Positions 54,856-64,000 of a DNA stretch of 64,000 bases are shown piece after piece; position 1 is the stretch's first letter; every line of letters begins with the position of its first letter. The notes below the pieces were generated by a model that made no database searches, was not told where the DNA came from, and saw only the letters and a list, made by a program, of their open reading frames with translations. The DNA lies in the NCBI GenBank assembly GCA_029261795.1, contig JAJDAP010000034.1, positions 9,858-73,857 on the forward strand, given 5' to 3'. Position numbers and translations under genes: made by a program. The DNA is from Deltaproteobacteria bacterium. GTDB lineage: Bacteria > Myxococcota_A > UBA9160 > UBA6930.

Positions 54856-57495
54856 ATGAGCCCTGTGCCCTCGGTGGCCCGCCATGAGCATGCGGGGCGT
54901 CTCGAACCGATCCGGCTAGGACTGCGTTACTCGGCCGACAGTCCGCCCGAGCGAAACGAGCAGGGTGTGATCGGCCCGATCGCGCTGGCCGAAGGGCCGC
55001 TCAGCCCGGGCACTCAACGCTTCGGCCCCTTCGAGATCGCGGTCTCGTTGGATGCGGGCGACGATACCGCCGCCATCGACACGGTGGTACGCAACCTGGC
55101 CGACGCGCCGCTTCATATCGAATCCTTGCTGGTGGGTTTCCGCTGGCACGACGTCGATGAGACCGCTGTACGCTTCTTGCGCCACGGTTGGCAGTCCTGG
55201 TCGAATAGCGTCGGCCGGGAACTCGACAGCGAGGGCGAGGTTCCGTTCCCGAGCGGGCCCTGGCTCCGCGGATTGCATCATGGTGTGGGCGCGCCGCCCG
55301 AGGATCGCGCTGGCTGGCACGAATCGGATCTGGTTTCGGTCGCCGAGGATGCCGAAGGCCGAGTCTGTCTGGCCGGCGTGATCGAACGCGGTCTGGGAAC
55401 CGGCCTCGTGTATTGGCAGCGAGATGCGCACGGCATTCGCGTCGAAGTGGAGATTCGCCTCGAGATCCCTTTGGCGCCGCGTGCCTCGATCCAACTCGAG
55501 CGCGTCCACCTTGCGCTGGGGCGCGACGTGAACCGCTTGCTCGAGAACTACGCTCACGAACTCGGTCAAGCGAACCAGGCCCGGACCAGCGGGCCGTTCC
55601 AGGCCGGCTGGTGCAGCTGGTACCAGTTCTTTCATGCCGTCAGTGAAGACGACCTGCTTCGCAATCTGGAGGCGCTGACCGCTCGCCGCGCAGAGATTCC
55701 CATCGACGTGGTCCAACTCGACGATGGCTATCAGTACGCGGTCGGCGATTGGCTCGAAACCAACGAGAAGTTCCCGCGCGGACTGGCACCGCTGGCGCAG
55801 GAGATTCGCGCTGCGGGTTTCCGCGCGGGCATCTGGACGGCACCCTTCTGCGTCGCGCCAGAGAGCCGCCTGTTCGAGGCACACCCCGAATGGTTGTTGC
55901 GACAGTCGGGCGCTCTCCACCGGGGACTGATCCATCCCGCTTGGAGTGCGTCGGGTGACATCCACGTGCTCGACACCTCTCGCGAAGAGGTAACGCGCCA
56001 CGTGATGCGGACTTTCGCGGGGCTGGCCGGCATGGGCTTCAGCTATCAAAAGCTCGACTTCCTCTACACCGCAGCCATGCAGGCCGACGCCGCCGATCCT
56101 GCGGTCACCAGGGCGCGGCGGCTTCGCCGGGGCCTCGAAGCGATTCGCGATGGTGCTGGCGATGAGGCCTTCTTGCTCGGATGCGGATGTCCACTGGGGC
56201 CCGCCGTCGGCATCGTCGACGGTATGCGCATCGGCGCGGACACCGCGCCCCACTGGGACGTGAACGCCGACGCGATCATCCCGGGGCTGGAACCGGCGCT
56301 GCCGGCCGTCGCGAATGCACTGCGCGGAATCCAGACGCGGGCCTTCATGCACCGCCGACTCTGGCAGAACGATCCCGATTGCCTGATGGTGCGCACCCGA
56401 GACACCGATCTCTCATCCGATGAAGCGACCAGCCTGGCCGGTGCGATCGCGTTGAGCGGCGGCATGGTCATGGTGTCGGACGATGTCGCCGGGCTCAGCG
56501 ATGTCGAGATGAGCCGCATCCGCCAGGTCATCGCCCTGGCCCGCGAGATCGACGCCGGTGGTGAAAGCGGGGCAACCCGGGCACTCGCTCTCCTCGAAGA
56601 AGGCGGGCCGGGAGGCTTGCTTGCACGGAGCCCCTCGGCCGTGCTCGTGCAACTGACGAATCGTTCGGACGAGACGGCCTCCGTCGAAGCCTCGCTCGCC
56701 GCATCGATTCCCGAGCGCGGTCCGTTGCCACCGGAGCCGCTGTTCGGAACTCGAGACCCCGAGCCCCGCGATGATGGCCTGCTTCGCGCAGCGCTTCCGC
56801 CGCATGCGTCGTTGCTGGTACGTGCCACCGGCGCGGTGCAGCTCGCGGTCTTCTGTGACTACGACGGCACCTTCGCCGTCCAGGATGTCGGCTCGACCCT
56901 GGCGATGCGTTATGCCGGCGAGCGACGCCAGGAACTCTGGTCGCGGCTCGAGGCCGGCGAGTTCACGCCGTGGTCCTACAACATGGAGCTACTCGATGGC
57001 CTGCAGCTGCCCGAAGAGACCCTCGACGCGTTCTTGAAGACCGTCGAGCCGATGCCGGGCGCCCACGAACTGGTCGCCTGGTGCGAAGCCTACGCGATTC
57101 CGTTCCGAATCCTGTCGGATGGCTTCGACCGCAATCTCGATCGACTCCAGGAATTGCATGGCGTGCGCTTCGCCTACGACGCCAACCGGCTCTGGTACGA
57201 CCACGGCGCCTGGCGCCTGGCACCGGGCTCGCCGGACCCGTCCTGTGGCTGCGGCACCGGCGTCTGCAAAGCCGCGCGGATTCGCGAACTCCGCGCGCTC
57301 CACCCACGCGCCACGGTCGTACACATCGGCAATGGCCGGGTGTCCGACCTATGTGGCGCCCGCGCCGCCGACGTGGTGTTCGCGAAGGACTCGCTCGCGG
57401 AGGAACTCGAGATCCAGGCGGTCGCCTACGAGCCCTTCGAAGATCTGCACGAGGTGCTACTGGGCCTCGAGGCCCTGAGGCGTCAGCTGACTTAG
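54856..57495 (+). CDS. Fusion of a GH36 alpha-galactosidase and a C-terminal HAD-IB phosphatase (MtnX-like)
   Basis: GWCSWY, VQLDDGY, GIW.APF, KLDFL (nucleophile), RIGAD (acid/base), W.NDPDC; from 56836 FCDYDGT, LSDGF, CK, IGNG.SD..A. Confidence 0.85.
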   Translation: MSPVPSVARHEHAGRLEPIRLGLRYSADSPPERNEQGVIGPIALAEGPLSPGTQRFGPFEIAVSLDAGDDTAAIDTVVRNLADAPLHIESLLVGFRWHDVDETAVRFLRHGWQSWSNSVGRELDSEGEVPFPSGPWLRGLHHGVGAPPEDRAGWHESDLVSVAEDAEGRVCLAGVIERGLGTGLVYWQRDAHGIRVEVEIRLEIPLAPRASIQLERVHLALGRDVNRLLENYAHELGQANQARTSGPFQAGWCSWYQFFHAVSEDDLLRNLEALTARRAEIPIDVVQLDDGYQYAVGDWLETNEKFPRGLAPLAQEIRAAGFRAGIWTAPFCVAPESRLFEAHPEWLLRQSGALHRGLIHPAWSASGDIHVLDTSREEVTRHVMRTFAGLAGMGFSYQKLDFLYTAAMQADAADPAVTRARRLRRGLEAIRDGAGDEAFLLGCGCPLGPAVGIVDGMRIGADTAPHWDVNADAIIPGLEPALPAVANALRGIQTRAFMHRRLWQNDPDCLMVRTRDTDLSSDEATSLAGAIALSGGMVMVSDDVAGLSDVEMSRIRQVIALAREIDAGGESGATRALALLEEGGPGGLLARSPSAVLVQLTNRSDETASVEASLAASIPERGPLPPEPLFGTRDPEPRDDGLLRAALPPHASLLVRATGAVQLAVFCDYDGTFAVQDVGSTLAMRYAGERRQELWSRLEAGEFTPWSYNMELLDGLQLPEETLDAFLKTVEPMPGAHELVAWCEAYAIPFRILSDGFDRNLDRLQELHGVRFAYDANRLWYDHGAWRLAPGSPDPSCGCGTGVCKAARIRELRALHPRATVVHIGNGRVSDLCGARAADVVFAKDSLAEELEIQAVAYEPFEDLHEVLLGLEALRRQLT

Positions 57496-57567
57496 CCTTC
57501 GATCCTGCTCCGCGAATCGATGAGGCTCAGCACCGCGGGGCGAACGCGCCGTGTTAGGCTTGGAGGG

Positions 57568-58347
57568 ATGGTTGCTGCAATCCCTCGGTTCCGCTCTGGC
57601 GCTATTCTGGTTGTGCTGTTTGCCTTCGGCTGTCAGTCGCCGCCTCCGACCTATCAGACCTTCCTGGCGCCCGGCCATGCCGGAGCCCCGGGTGTCGAGC
57701 GGGTGTTGCTCCTTCCGATGAATCTCAGAGCGCACCTGCCGGACTTCCTGCTCGATGCCTCGCAGGCGTCCAGAGATGCCCTGGTTCGCCGGCTCGAACG
57801 GGCTGAGCGAAGTGTCGAGCGTCTTCGTCTTTCTGCCGCTCGCGACGCCTGGCGGTTGTCCGTGGCAGCGGTGGGACCGTTGACCGACGAGGGGGGAGAG
57901 CTGATCCCGGAGCGGATGGATCTGTTGTATGCCGACCTGGCGCGTAGTCTTTCCAAGGACCACCGCTTCGATGTGATGATTCTTCCTTCCCTCGTTGTCC
58001 GGGAGGCGGCGGCCAGTGGTCGGGTCGGGCGTTGGGACGGCGTCAGCGAAGAGATGAAGTGGATCGTCGACAAGAAGGCGCCCGGGGTCACTCCGGAGAA
58101 TCTCTTGATGACCGGTGCCACGCGAGGCCTGTCGCTCCGGCTCCGTATCTACACTCCCGCTGGAATCCGCGTTTTCGAGGCGCGCCAGGGGCTCGAACTC
58201 GTCGACCAGATTCGCTTGAACGGGCGCTACTACCGAGCGGAGGTCCGCGGCGATCTGTGCACGGATCCCGGGCTCATGGACGCGCGCTTGGACGATGCCC
58301 TCGACCCGTATCTACCTCACCCGCCGGAACCGGAAACCGAGTCGTGA
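57568..58347 (+). CDS. Hypothetical lipoprotein
   Basis: GGAGG RBS, ATG 57568, lipobox FAFGC; alpha/beta pattern. Confidence 0.65.
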   Translation: MVAAIPRFRSGAILVVLFAFGCQSPPPTYQTFLAPGHAGAPGVERVLLLPMNLRAHLPDFLLDASQASRDALVRRLERAERSVERLRLSAARDAWRLSVAAVGPLTDEGGELIPERMDLLYADLARSLSKDHRFDVMILPSLVVREAAASGRVGRWDGVSEEMKWIVDKKAPGVTPENLLMTGATRGLSLRLRIYTPAGIRVFEARQGLELVDQIRLNGRYYRAEVRGDLCTDPGLMDARLDDALDPYLPHPPEPETES

Positions 58348-59903
58348 CCGATACCCCAAGCATGTCAGTTCTACTCCTTCTCGCCTTGCTCGGGGCGGCG
58401 TTCGGGTGTGCGACCGAGGGTGGAGGCTCCGTGCCCGCGATCGGCGCGCGGCCGGTTTCGGATCTCGGTCTCGAACTCGAAGCGTGGCATGTCGTCGAGA
58501 CTCCCGACTTCACGCTGCTGAGCAACCAGACGCCGGGCGAAGCAGAACGCTCGGCGAGGCGCTTGGCCCGCTTCGCCGATGCCGTACGCGAATTGATTCC
58601 GGATGCTTCGGTGTCGTCGCGGGCAACCGCGCTCATCTTCGCCCTCGAGAAGGGGCGTCAGTACCGGGTGTTCGGTCCGAAAGGTTCGGCCGGCTATATG
58701 CAGCCGAGCCTTCGCGGCACCACGATGGCATTGAGCATGCAAAGCCGAGATCAGGCAGTTCCGATCTTGTATCACGAGTTCACGCACTATCTGATGCAGA
58801 ACGAGCGTGGGCATGACTACCCGCTCTGGTATCACGAGGGGCTCGCAGAACTCTTGAGTACCGTCGTCGTCCGAGAGGATCTCGCGACACTCGGCCTCGT
58901 TCCGGCTCAGCGCCGGGCGGCTCTCGTCTCCGGTGACCCGATTCCCACGGAGACGCTGCTCGCAGCGCGTGTCTATTCGGCGGTTGACGACGTGTACCAG
59001 TTCTATGCCGACGCCTGGTTGCTCGTTCACTACCTGCACCTCCACGAATCCGGGATTCCCCAGAAGCTCTCCCGCTATCTCCGAGCGCTGACGCGAGGGG
59101 CGAACCCGGTGACCGCCTTCGAGGAGAATTTCGCGCTCGCGATCGACGAACTCGCACCCGCCTTGGACGCACACCGCGAGCGCGTGTTACGTCGCTATGT
59201 CCGGGTTCTCGAGATCACGGTTCCCGAGCGGGAACACGAGATCGAAGCGCGCCCCGTTCCGGTTGCTGAACTTGCGGCGGTGCTCGGCGAGCACCTGATC
59301 GAACGGGGCCGAAGCCGTGCCGCGGGCGCGTTGCTTCGATACGGCTTGGCGCAAGCGCCGGAAGATCCCGCGTTGCTGGTCCAACTCGCTCTCGCCGAAG
59401 CTGCTCAGGGAGACTTCGAAGTGGCAGAAGCCAGGGCCCACAGTCTCATCGCAAAGAGCGATTCGGCACCCGCACACGCGACCCTCGGCTGGGTGTACGC
59501 GCTACGCGCAGATTCACTCGAAGAGGGCGACACGCAGAGTGGTGAACGGCAGCTGGCGTTGCGGCAGGCGCGGGAATCATTCGAGGCCAGTCTGGCCCGC
59601 GATCCGGATGATGCTTCGATCTGGTACGGGCTCGCGCGTACCTATCTGGAAGAGGAAGTCGACCCGGGCCCCGGAATAATTGCACTCGATCACTCGTTGG
59701 AAGCGCTCCCCTGGAGCGTCGAGATCCATCTCCTTGCGGCGGCGTTGCGGGCCCGCCAGGGAGAGTTCGAGACGGCACTCGAACACGCGACGATCGCGTC
59801 GAGCCTCGCGACGAACGAGGCCGAGTCTGAGCGTGCCGTCGAGCTGCTGCGCTCGATCCACGAAGTCAGCGAGAATGCACCGAAGGAAGATGCCGCCCCG
59901 TAG
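58344..59903 (+). CDS. Lipoprotein with gluzincin-like HEXXH domain (DUF1570-like) and TPR repeats
   Basis: Lipobox AFGC; LYHEFTHY...PLWYHEGLAE; C-terminal TPR-like helical repeats. Confidence 0.75.
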   Translation: MTDTPSMSVLLLLALLGAAFGCATEGGGSVPAIGARPVSDLGLELEAWHVVETPDFTLLSNQTPGEAERSARRLARFADAVRELIPDASVSSRATALIFALEKGRQYRVFGPKGSAGYMQPSLRGTTMALSMQSRDQAVPILYHEFTHYLMQNERGHDYPLWYHEGLAELLSTVVVREDLATLGLVPAQRRAALVSGDPIPTETLLAARVYSAVDDVYQFYADAWLLVHYLHLHESGIPQKLSRYLRALTRGANPVTAFEENFALAIDELAPALDAHRERVLRRYVRVLEITVPEREHEIEARPVPVAELAAVLGEHLIERGRSRAAGALLRYGLAQAPEDPALLVQLALAEAAQGDFEVAEARAHSLIAKSDSAPAHATLGWVYALRADSLEEGDTQSGERQLALRQARESFEASLARDPDDASIWYGLARTYLEEEVDPGPGIIALDHSLEALPWSVEIHLLAAALRARQGEFETALEHATIASSLATNEAESERAVELLRSIHEVSENAPKEDAAP

Positions 59904-59931
59904 GATCCCCGGCGGCGGCGGGATCGCTTCG

Positions 59932-60141
59932 CTACTTCTCCAACACGACCGCGAGCCAGCCGGCGACGTAGCAGTGGCCTTCGGCGTCGCTCTCGCCGCC
60001 GGCGCCGTAGCCGGCACCCGCACCGAGCGGCGTCATCGTCTGGATGTGCCAGCCATCCTCGAGGAATTCCTCGAGGTGCTCCTGCACCTCCATGTCGTCG
60101 TCGTCGTCGTCGGAGAGAAAGATCGTGACGAGTTTTTGCAT
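59932..60141 (-). CDS. Small acidic protein (DUF4177-like)
   Basis: 69 aa MQKLVTIFLSDDDDDDMEVQEHLEEFLEDGW...VLEK; LEE...DGW pattern; GC3-biased codons. Confidence 0.55.
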   Translation of the reverse strand: MQKLVTIFLSDDDDDDMEVQEHLEEFLEDGWHIQTMTPLGAGAGYGAGGESDAEGHCYVAGWLAVVLEK

Positions 60142-60197
60142 CGACGGGATCCTAACAGACGAAGCAGGCGCTGGGTCGCGTCCCGCGCTCGCACGAA

Positions 60198-60542
60198 TCA
60201 ATCGAGTGGGTCCCGGAACTCCTGTTCGTAGTCGTCGAGATCCTTCGCCCAGTCTTCCTGGGGCATCACGATCCACAGGACCACGTAGATGATGGCGCCG
60301 ACGCCGCCGAACAAGAGCGTGGCCAGTGCGAAGGCCAGCCGGACCACGGCGGTCGGGACGCCGAACTCCTGGGCCAGGCCGCCACACACGCCCGCGATCA
60401 TGCGGTCCTTCGAACTTCGGTACCAATCGCCGAACGAGACGCGTCGCGCGCCCAGATTCGAACTGCAGAAGCGGCACTTGATGGCCTCGGAACGAACTTC
60501 TTCGGCGCAGTAGGGACAGAGCTTGGTGGCACTGGAATTCAT
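60198..60542 (-). CDS. pspC: PspC-domain protein with N-terminal zinc ribbon
   Basis: CPYCAE...CRFC; YRSSKDRMIAGVCGGLA..FG....VRL.F......G...Y..LWIVMP. Confidence 0.9.
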   Translation of the reverse strand: MNSSATKLCPYCAEEVRSEAIKCRFCSSNLGARRVSFGDWYRSSKDRMIAGVCGGLAQEFGVPTAVVRLAFALATLLFGGVGAIIYVVLWIVMPQEDWAKDLDDYEQEFRDPLD

Positions 60543-60991
60543 GAGCGGGCCTCGTTGGCAGCGTCCTGGGCAGAGGCGCGGAGGACGCGTTGATGAGCAA
60601 AGAACGGAAGCGATCCGTAGGTCAGGGAGAGCAGGGTCACGGCGCCAACCAGCCAGGCGCCCGCGGCCGCCGCCGCGAGCCCGGCCGGCAGCCACGCCAG
60701 CCACTCGGGCAGGTGCTCCCAGACGAACGAAAGACACACGATCGTGGCTGCTGCGATGGGCGCTGTCAGCGCGAGCAACCGCACGAGCTCCGTCTTGAAA
60801 CCCTTCGGTAGCGTCGGGCGCTCGGTTTCGGCCGCATGGCGACGCTGCGGTGCGAGCAGTTGGCCTCGCGCTCGTCGCATCGTGCGCTCGACGAGATGAT
60901 CGGGCGCGTCCGGGACACGGAACGTATCGAGATCGGGCCCCAGCGCCTCGAGGGCGCGCCGGATCTCCTCGTCGCGTCGGTCGAATGTCAT
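60539..60991 (-). CDS. Putative 2-TM anti-sigma factor
   Basis: ATGA-coupled to the ECF sigma gene; P..AP..L...TM.R motif; two TM segments. Confidence 0.6.
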   Translation of the reverse strand: MTFDRRDEEIRRALEALGPDLDTFRVPDAPDHLVERTMRRARGQLLAPQRRHAAETERPTLPKGFKTELVRLLALTAPIAAATIVCLSFVWEHLPEWLAWLPAGLAAAAAGAWLVGAVTLLSLTYGSLPFFAHQRVLRASAQDAANEARS

Positions 60992-61566
60992 TCGCTCACT
61001 CCCTCGTCTTCCATCAGCTGTCGCAACGACTTCACGGCGGTATGCATCCGGCTCTTGACCGTGCCCTTCGGGATGCCGAGGACATCGGCGATCTCCGCCT
61101 CGGAAAGGTCCTGGTAGTAACGGAGCAGCAGGACTTCGCGCTGCTTCTCCGGCAGCGTGAGCACGCGCGCTCGCATGGTGTCGGGTTCCCGGATCTCGGG
61201 TTCCGCACTCGGCGGCCGCGTGGCGATGCTCTCGCGGGTGAAGGCTTCGACCGCGCGTCCGCGTGCCGACAGGCGGCGCCAGCGGTCGCGACACAGGTTG
61301 TTGGCAATCTGGAACAGCCAGGTCGAGAAGCGACGCTCCGGGTCGAAGCGGTCGCGGGCGCGCACGACGCGGATCCAACTCTCCTGGAAGACATCGTCGG
61401 AGGCGTCGCCGACCCGCCGGACCAGGAAGCCATACAGTGGCGCCCGCCAGCGATCCATCAGGAGCGCGAGTGCTTCGTCGCTGCCGGTCTGTACCTGGAC
61501 CATCAGGTCTTCGTCCGAATCCACGGGAGGCGACGGTATCAGAGTGGCAAGGGCCATCATTGCCAA
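60988..61566 (-). CDS. ECF sigma factor (sigmaW/RpoE-like)
   Basis: SDEDLM, DVFQESWIRV, RFSTWLFQIANN.CRD, LP..QRE..LLRYYQDLS.AEIA..LGIP.GTVKSR. Confidence 0.93.
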   Translation of the reverse strand: MAMMALATLIPSPPVDSDEDLMVQVQTGSDEALALLMDRWRAPLYGFLVRRVGDASDDVFQESWIRVVRARDRFDPERRFSTWLFQIANNLCRDRWRRLSARGRAVEAFTRESIATRPPSAEPEIREPDTMRARVLTLPEKQREVLLLRYYQDLSEAEIADVLGIPKGTVKSRMHTAVKSLRQLMEDEGVSE

Positions 61567-61597
61567 CGCTGCATCCGCCTCCAGGTTCGCCTCATGG

Positions 61598-61623
61598 TAC
61601 GGAGCGCCACGAGAGAGGGTTCA
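61598..61623 (-). promoter_or_regulatory. Putative autoregulatory ECF promoter TGAACC-N16-CGTA
   Basis: Minus strand TGAACC ctctctcgtggcgctc CGTA, 32 nt before the sigma start; close to the B. subtilis sigmaW consensus TGAAAC-N16-CGTA. Confidence 0.7.
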
Positions 61624-61710
61624 GTGGCTTGCGGCCGGCGGCGACGCCGGGCCGAAAGCGGTATAACCCGCCGTTCCGGGACGCTGGGGGGCGCTCGGGG
61701 AGGTTCAACG

Positions 61711-63060
61711 ATGTCTGACCGGCCGCACGGCCCCAAGGTGGTAGTGCTCGGCGCCGGCCTCTCCGGCCTTTCCGCGGCGCACCACCTCGTGGCGGCTGGG
61801 GCAGAGGTGACACTGCTCGAACGCGGCCACCGCCCGGGTGGGCGAGCGACCAGCGACGAGCGGGACGGCTTCGTGATCGACTCTGCGCCGCATCTGGTCA
61901 GTGCCCGCGATCGCGATCTCCATGCGCTGGTTCGTGGGGCCGGACTCGGCGCGCGTATGCTGCCGCTCCGGCCGGCCGCGCTGGCGCAGGTTCGCGCCGG
62001 CCAGGTGGAAGCCATCGAGCCCACCGGGACACGCGGCGTGCGATCGATTCCTGGCCTCCGCTGGCACCAGGGGATCCGGGTCCACCGCCTGGGCCGGTTG
62101 CTGCGAAAGTTCGAAGACATCCTGAAGCCGGAAGCGCCGGAGCAGGGCGTGCGGATGGACGATCGGAGTATCGCCGACTTCATTCGCAGCTACTTCGGGC
62201 CCAGCGTCCTCGAGCGTTGGGTCGAACCGCTGGTCGCCGCCGACGCCGGCGGTGCGGATGTTCACGAGACCAGCCGCGAACTCTTCCTGCTCCATCAGGT
62301 GCAACGTGCCTTCGTGCCAACCGGAACCCTGCGCGGTGGAATCGGCGTGCTCGCGGATACACTCGCCGCCGGGCTCGACGTGCGGCTGGAGCACGCGGCG
62401 AGCAGCGTCACGGAAACGGCGAGCGGTTTCGAGGTGGTGGCGGCTCATTCCGGTGGCGAGGATCCGATCGCGGCCGACGCCGTCGTGTCGACGCTTCCCG
62501 CCGGCGCGGCGCATCGTGTCCTCGGCCCGGTCCTGGTTCCCGCCGAGCGCGATGTGCTCGGCGCAGGCAGGACGTCGCCCGCGATCGTGGCTTCGATCGC
62601 ACTCGACACCGCATTGCTTCCCAAGGCGACACGTCTTCGCGTACCCGCAGGTGAGGGCGGGATCGCGGGCGTCATCGCGATCGAGCCCGGCGGCGACCGT
62701 GGCCCTGCCCCCGACGGCAGCCAACTCGCCACTGTCGTGGCGCGTTCGGCGTGGAGTCGCGAGCACCTGGAAGCCGCCGACGAAGTGATCGAGAAGGCCC
62801 TGGTGGGTGCGCTCGAACGCCTCTATCCCGGCGCCGCTGGCTCGGCGCGGTTCGTGGTACTGCGGCGCCACCGGGAAGCCCATCCCCGTTTCGATGTCGG
62901 GCGCTACCGCTCGCTCGCGAACCTGGCGCAGGTCGAAGCGGACCGAACGGCCAACGGTCGCCGACTCTTCCACGCCGGCGATCACACCAGCGCGCCGACA
63001 CTCGAGGGTGCGGTGGGTGCCGGGCGCCGAGCCGCGATCCGCTGCCTGGAATCGCTCTAG
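61711..63060 (+). CDS. FAD-dependent oxidoreductase (HemY/protoporphyrinogen oxidase or amine oxidase-like)
   Basis: VVVLGAGLSGL.AA..L, LE....GGR, G..ID.APH, GG..L...L, FHAGD....P.LEGAV.AG; GGAGG RBS. Confidence 0.82.
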   Translation: MSDRPHGPKVVVLGAGLSGLSAAHHLVAAGAEVTLLERGHRPGGRATSDERDGFVIDSAPHLVSARDRDLHALVRGAGLGARMLPLRPAALAQVRAGQVEAIEPTGTRGVRSIPGLRWHQGIRVHRLGRLLRKFEDILKPEAPEQGVRMDDRSIADFIRSYFGPSVLERWVEPLVAADAGGADVHETSRELFLLHQVQRAFVPTGTLRGGIGVLADTLAAGLDVRLEHAASSVTETASGFEVVAAHSGGEDPIAADAVVSTLPAGAAHRVLGPVLVPAERDVLGAGRTSPAIVASIALDTALLPKATRLRVPAGEGGIAGVIAIEPGGDRGPAPDGSQLATVVARSAWSREHLEAADEVIEKALVGALERLYPGAAGSARFVVLRRHREAHPRFDVGRYRSLANLAQVEADRTANGRRLFHAGDHTSAPTLEGAVGAGRRAAIRCLESL

Positions 63061-63066
63061 CGGACG

Positions 63067-64000
63067 CTAGTCGAGGTACACGAGCGTCACGCCAGCGCCG
63101 CCCTGCTTCGCGGGCGCGGGTTCGAACCGGGTGACGAAGGGCAGGCCGCGCAGGTGGAGCGCCACGGCCTTCTGTAGCGCGCCGGTACCGACCCCGTGGA
63201 TGACCTCGACGATCCCGCGGCCGGAGCGGACGGCGTCGTCGAGACTCTTGGCGAGGGGTTCGTCGATTTCGTCGGCGCGCAGGCCGCGCAGATCGACCCG
63301 GGCGGAACTGGCCGGCGCGGCATCGACCTGGAAGGGCGTGTGTTGCGGGCTGACAGGCGCTTGCCTCGGGACCGGAGAAACCGGCGAGACCTGATTGGCC
63401 GTGAGCGTCAGCTTGGCTGCACCGACCTGGATCGTGACGCGACCCCGACGATCGGGCAGCGTGACCAGCTTTCCGGTCCGGCCGCCGGGCACGCCGACCG
63501 TGTCACCGGCATGGGCGTGTTGCCAGTCCATCGTCCGCTTGGCATGCGCGGGAGTCTTGCGGATCTGTTCGTCCTGGACGCTGCGCGCCTGATCTTCCAG
63601 GTCGAGGAGTTTCTCGCGGGCGCGCGCGGCGTCCTGGGCCGTGCCCTTCTGCTGAAGGTCCCGGATCACGCCAGCGACTTCGCCGTGGGCTTCCTTGAAA
63701 GCGCGATCGAGATCGCCACGCATCTCCTCGAACAACTTGTCCCGGCGCTCTTGCAGGCGTTCGAGCTTGCTGCGGTACTCGTTGCGGCTGGCTTCACTCT
63801 CGGCCCGAAGCCGCGTCGCCTCGCTGCGCTCCCGTTCGAGAGCGGCGCGGCTGGTGGAGAGCTCGGTCAGCATGCGATCCAGGCGCCGGTCCTCGTGTTC
63901 GAGCAACCCGTTGGCGCGGTCGAGTACCTCGGCGGGCATCCCCATCCTGGCGGCGACGGCGGTCGCCGATGACGAGCCGGCCGCGCCTAGCTGGAGACGA
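63067..64000 (-). CDS. mutS2: Endonuclease MutS2, C-terminal part with Smr domain (5' end beyond the window)
   Basis: G.SSA..VA.RMG.P...L.RA, coiled coil, KOW-like region, VDLRG...DE, VIHG.GTG.L, GG.G.T. Confidence 0.92.
   Translation of the reverse strand, partial: RLQLGAAGSSSATAVAARMGMPAEVLDRANGLLEHEDRRLDRMLTELSTSRAALERERSEATRLRAESEASRNEYRSKLERLQERRDKLFEEMRGDLDRAFKEAHGEVAGVIRDLQQKGTAQDAARAREKLLDLEDQARSVQDEQIRKTPAHAKRTMDWQHAHAGDTVGVPGGRTGKLVTLPDRRGRVTIQVGAAKLTLTANQVSPVSPVPRQAPVSPQHTPFQVDAAPASSARVDLRGLRADEIDEPLAKSLDDAVRSGRGIVEVIHGVGTGALQKAVALHLRGLPFVTRFEPAPAKQGGAGVTLVYLD

Overview
High-GC (about 68% by eye), gene-dense bacterial window. Gene content suggests a Myxococcota/deltaproteobacterial-type organism (inference only). 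About 60 CDS; no rRNA, tRNA, CRISPR array, integrase or transposase was recognised. Left part (1 to ~23.7 kb): an accessory metal/redox island with an ECF sigma factor and a His/Cys-containing membrane anti-sigma candidate, a CPA2 antiporter, a His-rich periplasmic protein, TerB, a K+ channel, an MtrA/MtrB porin-cytochrome pair, a QrcABCD-like complex with an extra monoheme cytochrome, glutamate dehydrogenase, a DUF2933/ICMT/methyltransferase trio and CusCBA. Key observation: the bipartite motif RGTCAC-N16/17-CGTA sits correctly oriented 20-72 nt upstream of 8 of the ~10 transcription units of this island, two pairs of them back-to-back on one palindrome. This points to an ECF regulon that joins trans-envelope electron transfer to Cu/Ag efflux. 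Right part (24-64 kb): mostly housekeeping genes (tandem ArsA/Get3-like ATPases, type II pantothenate kinase, exeAB, sirtuin, rhomboid, nth, PBP1A, gshB, folC, mutS2 partial). Oddities there include a GH36-HAD phosphatase fusion, a DxDxDG-repeat lipoprotein, a PfpI remnant, and a second sigmaW-like ECF module with its own distinct promoter (TGAACC-N16-CGTA). Start codons were refined by eye from the ORF track. All family calls come from motif recognition, not database searches.
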